A program made the position numbers and the translations under genes. From Candidatus Bathyarchaeia archaeon (GTDB taxonomy: Archaea; Thermoproteota; Bathyarchaeia; Bathyarchaeales; Bathycorpusculaceae), in the NCBI GenBank assembly GCA_038883715.1, contig JAVZLS010000002.1, forward strand, positions 73,582-137,581: a stretch of DNA of 64,000 nt. Direction: 5' to 3'. Numbering within the stretch: position 1 is the stretch's first letter; the number at the start of each line of letters is the position of its first letter. Positions 37,290 through 46,096 of this stretch are shown one piece after another. The notes below the pieces were generated by a model. That model ran no database searches and was not told the DNA's origin. It saw nothing but the letters and a program-made list of their open reading frames with translations.

Positions 37290-39176
37290 TTATGCTGCGT
37301 TTATTCCGAAGTGGACTATTGTTTCTGGTTCTCTTGTTGGGTAGATGGAGTCTCCGCCTAGTGTTGGCCAGTTGTGGAGGACTTGTACGTATATTGTTCC
37401 GACGCCTGCTCTGGCGAACTTTGGCACGTGGATTGTTAGGGTTACCGTAGTGTTGGCGTATGTGCACCATTCTGCTCCGCCGACTGGTACCCATGTGTAG
37501 TCGAAGCCGAAGGGTACTCCTGTTTCATCTACGGCTGTGACTGTGATTAGTATGTCGAAGGTTTGCCTTGAAACTGTTCCAAGGTCAATTGTTACAGTTA
37601 TTGTTTCGCAGTGGTTGTAGGCGTCTTTGTCGACTGTTGTCTTCCAGACGCGGACGTGGTAGTCGTATTTGAATTCTAATGTGTCGGTTACGACTTTGCA
37701 TGCAACGTCAACTGTGGCCACTATCTTCCATACGCCGAACCAGTATTCTGGGTCATCACATGGCCATGGCAATCTAAAGCGTATTACTGCTACGCCGTTC
37801 TGGTCTGTTCTGTTGCATATTATGCCCCAAATTTCACCATGGGGGTCGATTATTTGGAAGGCTACATCCTTGTTTTGTTCCGGCCAGAAGTTGTATGTTA
37901 CATTCGCCTTTACAACAACTTCCTTCTGTGGCCAGTACATGTCGCCTGGCTCGTTGGGTCCTACGCCGAATATTGTTCCGTCTGGGTAGACTGTGTAGAT
38001 GTCTATCCATGCGCCTGGGGGTTTGAAGTAGGCTTTGTATGTTGCTGGGTTAATGAAGTGGTCTAGTGGTACGGCTGAGTCTGAGCCGCTCCATGGTGGA
38101 TAGGCTCTTTCTGGGTGTGGGAAGCCGGCTACTGTTGAGTTTACTATGTTTATTAGGCATGATGGTGGCGGATATGTAGCTGATTCATAAACCGCCCTGA
38201 AGGTTACTGAAACTATTCTTCCTTGTCCGCTTGGTGGCGTGTGGGTTCCATCGTCTCCTGGTATTCCTAGGAAGGCTATCCAAATTGTTCCGGCAACGTT
38301 GTCTATTTCTGCTTTCACGGTGAATATGCCGTTTGGCCAGAAGCTTGCAAACCAGTTGTCTGGATCTATGGTTACGCTATCGGCCACTATGAGGGTTGGG
38401 TCGAAGGTTATGTGGAAGTCGAAGCCTGCCACGTCCCAGAATGGGTCTAAATCTACAACTTGCTGGCTGGTTTCATCCCATGCGTGTAGAAAGACATTCT
38501 CAACGAAGGTTTGATCCATTTTGATATTTTCAACTTTTGATGGCAGTACGCTCAGCTTTGGTGCTGGCGGATAAATTAGTGGTCTCGCGTGGATTATGAC
38601 TGTGCCATCAAACACGTCACAATCTATTGGGTTGCCTAGGTTGTCTGCAAGTGTTACCGTTGTAATGTTTAGGCAAAGGACTTTGTCTGGCTCTCCAGGC
38701 ATGGGTTGCTTCTTGATTCTAAAGGTCATGTCGAAGGCTACACCACTTCCAGTGAATGGTTGTGCCGGAGCCATTGAGGCTTCTGCAAGCCAATAGTCGC
38801 TGTTGGGGTCTGCTCCAGGCATTGGAACGCCTTCTGAAACATCGTCCTTAACAGGAACCGTGGGCGGGTACAGTATGCCGTCAGGCCACTGTCCAGCCCC
38901 CGTGCCCCTCGGTATGTGTTTATGGTGGCTTACATATCCTATCCACTCTTCGTCCCAGCCGAATTGTATGTCGACACCGTAAAGGTTGGTCACATTCCAG
39001 ACTTCAACGGTTACTGTGAACTCTTGGTCAACGCATGGTGTTGGTCCGAACTCCAAAAGCTGTGGCACAACTATTACTTTTGGTTTTGGCTCTGCTTCCG
39101 CTCTGGGCATGACGATGGCTAGGGTGCTTGCTAACATTAATGCTGTCATTAATAAGCCGAAAATCTTCCTGTTCAT
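37290..39176 (-). CDS. Secreted scaffoldin-like protein: two cohesins plus C-terminal Ig-like domains, no visible anchor
   Basis: LYGVDIQFGWDEE...FTGSGVAFDMTF; DVAGFDFHITFDPTLI...IVSVTF; ends HFGINAA; ATG 39176 preferred. Confidence 0.82.
   Translation of the reverse strand: MNRKIFGLLMTALMLASTLAIVMPRAEAEPKPKVIVVPQLLEFGPTPCVDQEFTVTVEVWNVTNLYGVDIQFGWDEEWIGYVSHHKHIPRGTGAGQWPDGILYPPTVPVKDDVSEGVPMPGADPNSDYWLAEASMAPAQPFTGSGVAFDMTFRIKKQPMPGEPDKVLCLNITTVTLADNLGNPIDCDVFDGTVIIHARPLIYPPAPKLSVLPSKVENIKMDQTFVENVFLHAWDETSQQVVDLDPFWDVAGFDFHITFDPTLIVADSVTIDPDNWFASFWPNGIFTVKAEIDNVAGTIWIAFLGIPGDDGTHTPPSGQGRIVSVTFRAVYESATYPPPSCLINIVNSTVAGFPHPERAYPPWSGSDSAVPLDHFINPATYKAYFKPPGAWIDIYTVYPDGTIFGVGPNEPGDMYWPQKEVVVKANVTYNFWPEQNKDVAFQIIDPHGEIWGIICNRTDQNGVAVIRFRLPWPCDDPEYWFGVWKIVATVDVACKVVTDTLEFKYDYHVRVWKTTVDKDAYNHCETITVTIDLGTVSRQTFDILITVTAVDETGVPFGFDYTWVPVGGAEWCTYANTTVTLTIHVPKFARAGVGTIYVQVLHNWPTLGGDSIYPTREPETIVHFGINAA
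38773..38935 (-). repeat. Shared cohesin segment, copy 3
   Basis: ACATCGTCCTTAACAGGAACCGTGGGCGG and TATGCCGTCAGGCCACTGTCCAG are identical to copy 1. Confidence 0.85.
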
Positions 39177-39289
39177 TTCCCTCTTTCCCCTTCTCCTTTC
39201 TTTCAGCAAGAAATATTTTGATGCGTTTCTCTAATTAAAGGTTTCTGGAGAAATCTTCTATGCCAAACCCAAAGCCATAAACTAAAATA

Positions 39290-39694
39290 TTAATTTTTAG
39301 CTCCAGCGGGTTTCTCTTCGGCTTTCCCCTTCTTATCCTTTCTCTTAATCAATTTTTTATATTCTTCTAAAAGCTGGTCAACTTCAGGGACCTTCTGCCT
39401 TCTCGGCGGGGTGAAAAGTGGATCTGAGCTCTTGACAATTTTAACTTCTTTTAAATCATATTGGGCTTTTAGGCGTTTTTCCTCCCAAATTAACGCGTAT
39501 ATAATGATGGCTATCGGCCCTATCAAAAATAGCAGTGGATTAACGAAAAGAAGGTAAAGTTCTACGTATAGGAATATTGCAAATAGGGTTGGGAGCCAAA
39601 ACCAGAAGGATGTTAGGCAAACCTTGATAATTACCAATATCTCTTTAGTAGACTCCTTTAAGCTTTGTTTTTCTTCGTTTTCCTCACTGGACAA
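39290..39694 (-). CDS. Small membrane protein (2 TM)
   Basis: Hydrophobic hairpin with charged termini; TTG start. Confidence 0.65.
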   Translation of the reverse strand: MSSEENEEKQSLKESTKEILVIIKVCLTSFWFWLPTLFAIFLYVELYLLFVNPLLFLIGPIAIIIYALIWEEKRLKAQYDLKEVKIVKSSDPLFTPPRRQKVPEVDQLLEEYKKLIKRKDKKGKAEEKPAGAKN

Positions 39695-39873
39695 AACGGC
39701 TTCCCCATGGTATAGGAAACGCCACGTTTGTATTTAAGTTTTAACGCATAGAACGATGTTTCACCTCCTGTTTATGTGTTCTACTCATATAGAACATTTT
39801 TCCAAAAACTTTAATTATTCGAAGCGCGAAACCATTACTTGCGGAAAATAGAGAGGAAAAGGGGAGAAAAATT

Positions 39874-42603
39874 ATGAAGAAAACAGTTGTTCCAACAGCA
39901 GTCCTTGTTGCCGTGTTACTGGCTTCAATCTTCATGATGATTCCAGCGGCAACAGCTGAGCGCGGGCCGAGAAGGGACCTAGACATTTACTGGTACACTG
40001 ATCCTGATGCGGCTTGGACGGCTCTAAAGAAAGGCGAAATTGATATGATGCAGTGGTCTCTAAGCGAGGAACAATTGGCTGAAGCTGTTGCAGATCCAAA
40101 CATTGTTGTCGCAAGCTATGTTGAAAACGGTATGATGGAGTTCGACTTTAACAACAACAAAACAATTGCTGATTACCCAACGTCAACAAACCCGATGAGT
40201 ATCACGGAATTTAGGATAGCTTTGGCTTACCTGATAGATCCTGACTACGTTGTTAGGGACATATTGCACTATTTCGGTTCAAGAATAGATGCACCAGTAT
40301 GCTACCCACAGATTGAGGGTTGGGTTTACCCGCCCGAATCAGGCTTAAGCGTTGTAACCTACGACTGGAACCACAACGGCAAAATAGACCCCGAAGAGGA
40401 CAACTATCCATACAAATATAGCGTGGACAAGGCTGCAGAAACGCTTGCCCAAATGGGCTTCAATGACACCGACGGGAACGGCTACCTAAACTATCCAAAC
40501 AACCCAGAGGTTTGGGGTGACGCAGCAGGAAAAGACACAACTAAGATGCCTCTAAAAATCTGTATAAGGACAGAGGACCAGAGGCGCGACGCTGGCCGCT
40601 ACCTGTACAGGCAGCTTGAAGGCGACCCTAATGTGGCGGGAGACAGCGCCCTAGCCCGATCGCCTAAATGGGCGCAATACGGCAAGGTTGGAGGAGACTT
40701 TGATACAACGGATGAAACATGGGTTCAGCCAAGAAAAGTTCTATCCCCAATAGTCTTCAGAGACCGCAACTACCACATTTACACAGGCGGATGGAGCTTC
40801 GGAAGGTTCCCAACATACCTGTTCTTCCTGTTCCACAGCATGTTCTGGTTCCCATACGGATCAAACTACGTTTCTGACCATGCCCATCCAGACTTAGACC
40901 CAATTCTTGAGGACATATACTACGCCAACAGCATACCAGACGCCCAAATCGCAGCAAAAAACTACACGCGTGAGCACGTCCTCAGGGTCATTAACAGGCC
41001 GTTATGGAGCTACACAAGCTACTATGCATGGCGCAAGACGCTTGTTGGCGTAGTTAACATGAAAGGCTATGGAGTAGTAAACGACTACACGTTCCTAAAC
41101 GCCTATAGAGCCGATAGCCCAACAGGCCCCATAAGAATGGGAGTTGTCAACACATGGGACCGTCTAAACATCCTCTACAGCCAATGGGTCTTCGAATATG
41201 CCTTCCTAGACCGCGTCTACACTGGCGGAATAGCCGTCAACCCATACGACTTAACAGTTGACATCCCATGGGCCTTCCAAGACTGGGATGTCGGCACATG
41301 GGTGGACCCGAGAGACGGCCATACCAAAACTGTGGTTACATACTGGATTAGGCCAGACGTTGGCTGCGCCGCCCCAGTTAATGGAAACTTCACAGGCTTC
41401 TACAATTCGAAAGACTTTGAATTTACAATATGGTACAACTACGCTTATGACGACAGCTGGCAATGGAGCAGCTTCATGGACATACACCACACAGAAATAA
41501 TTGACTGCCGCACAATAAGAGTCTACTTCGACGACCAAAGCTACTGGTTCCAGTACGCGCCAACATACCCGCTCCTAGGACCATCAGAAATCCTAAGCGA
41601 CCAACTCTGCACAGAAAAGACTGCAACCTTCACAGGAGCAGACCTTGTAGAAGTGGCTCCAGGCTACTTTGAATACCAATTCACAACAGACCAGGTTGCA
41701 GGCGTAATAAACGCCACATGCAACGGCGTCCCCATATATGAAGGCGTAGATTTCTACATAAGGGCAGGCTACGACGTATACTGCCACAACGTCTTCGTAA
41801 ACCTAACAAGCTTCAAACCAACCGACATAATAACAATTAGCTACTACAAGCCTATACCTGCTGGCGCAGACGGCACCTTCTTAGGAGGCAACGCAGGATA
41901 CGACTGGACAGACACAATGTTCGCTTACGGCCTATACTACCCAGTTGCGCTCACCAGCACAGAAGCAGCCCTAAACAAGAACCCATACTTCTTCCTAGAA
42001 ACACCAATCCTTGGCGAAATCGACTGGCGCTGGAACTGGGTGGCGGGACCAAAGCCGCGCAAAGGCTACTTCAAAATCGACATACTAGACGTAGTAAAAT
42101 GCACAGGATCCTACTGCCACAGAGGAGACGGACCCTTCGACCCAGTCTACATGCCAGGAGCAGACCTAGACAAGAACGACCTAGGCCACGTGGGCATACT
42201 AGACCTAGTAACAATAACAGGAGTATATGCTAGAACCTTTGGAACAGTGCCGGCCAGCACGGTAGGAGTTGTCGGAGGCACAACAGACACCACAGCCAAC
42301 TACAAAATCCAATGGGAAACCGCATACTTCTATTACGTCAAATACAACGTGCCAACCCCAGTTAAGAAAAGCTACCACTCTGTCTACGTTTACGGCCTCG
42401 GAAGACCAATAACCGTAAGAGTCTACCCATACTGTTTCAGCCCAAGAGACGTCCTAATCTGGTGGAAGAAATACGGAGACGGCACAACAACAATAGCTCC
42501 AACCTACGTTGAAGTTTCGACAACAGCCCCAACCTACGCCATAAACGTCATATGGCACAAGCCAGATTGCACATGGGAAAAACTACTAATCTGGATCGAT
42601 TAA
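39874..42603 (+). CDS. Family-5 (peptide/nickel) ABC substrate-binding protein, apparently circularly permuted, with fused dockerin
   Basis: ALKKGEID, FRIALAYLID, YSVDKAAETL, KDFEFT, IIDCRTIRVYF, KNPYF; dockerin KIDILDVV...ADLDKNDLGHVGILDLV; upstream of dppBC. Confidence 0.85.
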   Translation: MKKTVVPTAVLVAVLLASIFMMIPAATAERGPRRDLDIYWYTDPDAAWTALKKGEIDMMQWSLSEEQLAEAVADPNIVVASYVENGMMEFDFNNNKTIADYPTSTNPMSITEFRIALAYLIDPDYVVRDILHYFGSRIDAPVCYPQIEGWVYPPESGLSVVTYDWNHNGKIDPEEDNYPYKYSVDKAAETLAQMGFNDTDGNGYLNYPNNPEVWGDAAGKDTTKMPLKICIRTEDQRRDAGRYLYRQLEGDPNVAGDSALARSPKWAQYGKVGGDFDTTDETWVQPRKVLSPIVFRDRNYHIYTGGWSFGRFPTYLFFLFHSMFWFPYGSNYVSDHAHPDLDPILEDIYYANSIPDAQIAAKNYTREHVLRVINRPLWSYTSYYAWRKTLVGVVNMKGYGVVNDYTFLNAYRADSPTGPIRMGVVNTWDRLNILYSQWVFEYAFLDRVYTGGIAVNPYDLTVDIPWAFQDWDVGTWVDPRDGHTKTVVTYWIRPDVGCAAPVNGNFTGFYNSKDFEFTIWYNYAYDDSWQWSSFMDIHHTEIIDCRTIRVYFDDQSYWFQYAPTYPLLGPSEILSDQLCTEKTATFTGADLVEVAPGYFEYQFTTDQVAGVINATCNGVPIYEGVDFYIRAGYDVYCHNVFVNLTSFKPTDIITISYYKPIPAGADGTFLGGNAGYDWTDTMFAYGLYYPVALTSTEAALNKNPYFFLETPILGEIDWRWNWVAGPKPRKGYFKIDILDVVKCTGSYCHRGDGPFDPVYMPGADLDKNDLGHVGILDLVTITGVYARTFGTVPASTVGVVGGTTDTTANYKIQWETAYFYYVKYNVPTPVKKSYHSVYVYGLGRPITVRVYPYCFSPRDVLIWWKKYGDGTTTIAPTYVEVSTTAPTYAINVIWHKPDCTWEKLLIWID

Positions 42604-42635
42604 AATCCTCTTCCCCAAATCCCCCATTTTTTATT
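42604..42635 (+). terminator. C-rich plus oligo-T terminator after the SBP gene
   Basis: CCTCTTCCCCAAATCCCCCATTTTTTATTT. Confidence 0.5.
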
Positions 42636-42678
42636 TAAAAATTTAAGAAGTCACAATTATCATCAAATTTTTCAAGTC

Positions 42679-42690
42679 AAAGCTTAAATA
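42679..42690 (+). promoter_or_regulatory. BRE/TATA-like promoter element of dppB
   Basis: AAAGCTTAAATA about 35 bp upstream of the start; similar elements at 27191, 27915, 28497 and 46058. Confidence 0.55.
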
Positions 42691-42725
42691 CAAAATAAAA
42701 GACTACACAAAACGGAGGAGCAATA

Positions 42726-43727
42726 TTGGGATTAAAAGGCTACATAGCAAAAAGGTTAGTTTATACAGCCTTCTTAGTATGGGCAATAATCACAGTTAAC
42801 TTCCTAATCTTCACAGCCATGCCAGGCAGCCCAATAGAAGCCTACATGGGTTCATTAAAAGGAGCCAACCCTGAAGCTTTCAGGCGGCTAGCCGAACACT
42901 ACGGACTATACAAGCCAATGCACGAAAAATACTTTCTAACACTAAAAAACCTATTAACTTTTAACTTTGGCTACTCAGAACGATATCGCGATTCCATCCT
43001 CAACCTAATAGTTCGGGAACCTCTTCCAAACACGCTGATATTAATGGGCACAGCTGAAGTAATAACAATAATAATCGGGATGCTGATAGGCGTTATCGTG
43101 GCATACAAAAGAGGAGGAATATTAGACACAACATTGGTAACTGGCTCATTATTAACATATTCTGTTCCAATATTCTTTATCGGATGGCTTTTAATAACCT
43201 TCTTCAGCCTTTACCTTCACTGGCTACCCACAGGCCGCGCTTACCCCGTAGAATGGATCAGAAATCCACCATCAACTATAATTGAATATGTAACAGGCAG
43301 ACTATACCACATGATTTTACCCACAATCACCCTCGTAATATTTAGTGTCGGCGGATGGATACTCCTAACGAGAGCGTGTATCCTTGAAACAATCACCGAA
43401 GACTACGTAGTAACCGCCAGAGCAAAAGGTCTAAAAGAAAGAACAGTCCTATACAAACACGTACTTAAAAACGCTTCACTCCCACTAATAACAAACATCG
43501 CCCTTGCATTCGCCGGAATGATCGGAGGGGCAATGATAACAGAAACCCTATTTAATTACAAAGGCATGGGAAGATTAACATACGACGCCATTTTCCTTAC
43601 AGGTGGAGGTTCAGACATACCCCTCCTCCAAGCCATCTTCTACATCCTGGCATTATGTGTTGTCGTAGCTAACTTTCTTGCAGATCTCCTATATGGTGTA
43701 ATTGACCCTCGCGTAAGATATGGATAA
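42726..43727 (+). CDS. dppB: Peptide ABC transporter permease (DppB/OppB)
   Basis: MPGSP, FNFGYS, EDYVVTARAKGL, ETLF...GMG, ADLLYGVIDPRVR. Confidence 0.92.
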   Translation: MGLKGYIAKRLVYTAFLVWAIITVNFLIFTAMPGSPIEAYMGSLKGANPEAFRRLAEHYGLYKPMHEKYFLTLKNLLTFNFGYSERYRDSILNLIVREPLPNTLILMGTAEVITIIIGMLIGVIVAYKRGGILDTTLVTGSLLTYSVPIFFIGWLLITFFSLYLHWLPTGRAYPVEWIRNPPSTIIEYVTGRLYHMILPTITLVIFSVGGWILLTRACILETITEDYVVTARAKGLKERTVLYKHVLKNASLPLITNIALAFAGMIGGAMITETLFNYKGMGRLTYDAIFLTGGGSDIPLLQAIFYILALCVVVANFLADLLYGVIDPRVRYG

Positions 43728-45615
43728 GGGGAGCAAAATGGCAACAAGAGAGCAAAAAATAAAATTCGCAATAAAAAGGTTTAAAGGCTTTTGGAACCAG
43801 TTTAAAAGAAGCAAACGCGGACTTGTAGGGTTATCAATAATAATTTTTTTCTCAATTATAGCGATATTCGCACCATTAATAGCCCCCTATGAACCAATCG
43901 AGCCGAAAATATCACGCGATGAATACCCTGGCACCCCAGGCGTTAAAATTGCCGTTCAGTTATGCAAACCAGTATGGTACAAATACCTCCCGTGGATAAA
44001 AAGAGGCTACACAAACATAACTGAAGCTTTCTACTTTTACGGCGAAATACAATTTAAATTCGCTTTCATATACTTCGTCCCCGAAGCCGAACATCCCGCA
44101 GAAGGCCTTCAACAGAATTTCGAAAAAGTCCACAACTTTTCAAATGCGATGATAGCAAGTCACAAGATTTTGGAAGTTAAGGAAATAAAAGCCATTCTAT
44201 CAAGCGGTGCACATCAATTCAACCTCTCCGAATGGACTGTAAGAGGCAGCAGAGACGTTCTCCCAATAGAATCAGTCTTGCCCGCTGAAAAATTGCTTCA
44301 AATGTGCCCTAACGCCACAAGGTTTGAGTTGACATACACAACAGGAGTTGACCTTACAGAAAACATGAAGATAGTCAACGATCACAAATTTACCAAAAGC
44401 GAAAGCTTCGACGAGTGGAAATGGGCCTCTGAAAGTAGCGGAATTGGCGTCCAATACGATGAAGAACATGGCTATGTCCTTTACACGACTCAAAAAGAGC
44501 GCGGATGCTTGCGTGTAACATATACGGCAGCTGGTCAAGTATCAGAAGGAGATATAACAGTAACAATTTGGAAGGAATTTAATTATCCATACTTTGAACC
44601 ACCTCGGGACATCTTTATCCACACATCGATATATAAAACCGGGAACTCATCCATTAAATTACAGTGGGTCTTCATTCGGGAGAACAAAACATTTATTGCC
44701 GCTGAAAACACTGTAACTGAATCTGGGAATTACAAACATCTTTACGCCTCCAGCTTCATGGCAAACACCACATTTATTGACCAAACATTTGCAGCACCAG
44801 GCAACTACAAATTTGCATTAAAACTCATAATTCCATCGCAAAGCAATACAACAATATACTTGGATCATGTTGACTGTTTATTATACGGCAACACCTTCGG
44901 GTTATTAGGCACAGATAACGCTAAAGTATATCCAAGTGACCTTTTCTCAACCCTAGTTTATGGAACGAGAGTATCATTAATCGTGGGGGTTCTAACAGCT
45001 GTCTTCTCAACATTTATCGGACTCTTCTTAGGGTTGGTTTCCGGCTACGTCGGCGGAATAGTTGACGAAGGAATAATGCGTTTCACAGATCTGTTGATGG
45101 TGCTTCCAACATTACCACTCTTCATAGTGCTGACAGTCTCCCTGCGAGCAGCATCCGGGTTCGTTAGCATGTGGAACCTCATAATAATACTTACACTTTT
45201 TGGCTGGATGGGCTTCGCCAGATCAGTAAGATCGATGGTTCTCAGCTTACGTGAAAGAGCATTTGTAGAGGCGGCAAAGGCGGCTGGAGGAGGAAGATTT
45301 CACATAATCAATAGACATATATTACCAAATGTCTTCGCCCTGGTATACATTACACTAGCGACGTCCGTTCCATCAGCTATAGTGGTGGAAGCTTCATTGT
45401 CATGGCTTGGACTAGGCGACCCTAGATTGGCATCATGGGGAAAAATACTCTACGATTTCAACAGTTCAGGTATAGTAACCACAAAAGGGCTATTAGACTA
45501 TTGGTTCTGGGTCTTCCCCGCCTGCATCTCGATAGCAATACTTGCAGCTGCATTTGTCCTTGTAGGTTATGCCCTAGACGAAATATTAAACCCAAGACTC
45601 AGAGAGAGACGCTAA
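43720..45615 (+). CDS. dppC: Peptide ABC transporter permease (DppC/OppC) with a large extracytoplasmic insertion
   Basis: FAPLIAPY, LLGTD, YGTRVSL, FVEAAKAAGG, HILPN, LNPRLR. Confidence 0.9.
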   Translation: MDKGSKMATREQKIKFAIKRFKGFWNQFKRSKRGLVGLSIIIFFSIIAIFAPLIAPYEPIEPKISRDEYPGTPGVKIAVQLCKPVWYKYLPWIKRGYTNITEAFYFYGEIQFKFAFIYFVPEAEHPAEGLQQNFEKVHNFSNAMIASHKILEVKEIKAILSSGAHQFNLSEWTVRGSRDVLPIESVLPAEKLLQMCPNATRFELTYTTGVDLTENMKIVNDHKFTKSESFDEWKWASESSGIGVQYDEEHGYVLYTTQKERGCLRVTYTAAGQVSEGDITVTIWKEFNYPYFEPPRDIFIHTSIYKTGNSSIKLQWVFIRENKTFIAAENTVTESGNYKHLYASSFMANTTFIDQTFAAPGNYKFALKLIIPSQSNTTIYLDHVDCLLYGNTFGLLGTDNAKVYPSDLFSTLVYGTRVSLIVGVLTAVFSTFIGLFLGLVSGYVGGIVDEGIMRFTDLLMVLPTLPLFIVLTVSLRAASGFVSMWNLIIILTLFGWMGFARSVRSMVLSLRERAFVEAAKAAGGGRFHIINRHILPNVFALVYITLATSVPSAIVVEASLSWLGLGDPRLASWGKILYDFNSSGIVTTKGLLDYWFWVFPACISIAILAAAFVLVGYALDEILNPRLRERR

Positions 45616-45628
45616 AACCATTTCAACC

Positions 45629-46000
45629 TTATAAACGGACTAATATTTCATCAACAAATCTCCAAAAACGTCTCTCCAACTCATCTATTTTTTCTAAAGA
45701 TCTTGACCCCTTTAAATAAAGATGTCCTCCAAGTATTAACGAATAAAATGGTGTAAATAAAGTCAAATGCCGCAAAAGCGGTCCAGGCAAAAACTCAACA
45801 GTAAAATCGTCAGGCTTTCCCTTAATATAGACAAAAATTTTTTCAGATATACCGTGAAAACTTTTGGGAAAGACCGTGATGATGTAAGCTTCCTTCTTCC
45901 TCTTTAGAGATACATCAAACCCCTCGTTGGTAAAGAATTGGCATATACAATCACTTAGTACTTTTAGATCAATGTTTTTTCCTTTCCACGAATCTTTCAT
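45629..46000 (-). CDS. Hypothetical protein lying antisense within the dpp cluster
   Basis: 123-aa ORF filling the gap between dppC and dppD. Confidence 0.65.
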   Translation of the reverse strand: MKDSWKGKNIDLKVLSDCICQFFTNEGFDVSLKRKKEAYIITVFPKSFHGISEKIFVYIKGKPDDFTVEFLPGPLLRHLTLFTPFYSLILGGHLYLKGSRSLEKIDELERRFWRFVDEILVRL

Positions 46001-46096
46001 CAGTGCCCCAGAAAACTAAATAATCTTAGATAATAAAAACTTACCGTAAAAAGGCTTAAAGCTTAAATAAACGTCAACGTCTATTCAAAACGGCAT

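Noticed and set aside
31828-38935. Diversity-generating retroelement TR/VR pairs
   Set aside because: No reverse transcriptase in the window, differences are not confined to adenines, and all copies are coding
27014-42092. 20-bp identity AAAATCGACATACTAGACGT between two dockerins (27014 and 42073)
   Set aside because: Explained by the conserved KIDILDV peptide plus codon bias
24197-42603. A true cellulosome
   Set aside because: No glycoside hydrolase or clear CBM is recognisable in the window; the beta-helix domains cannot be assigned lyase activity from sequence
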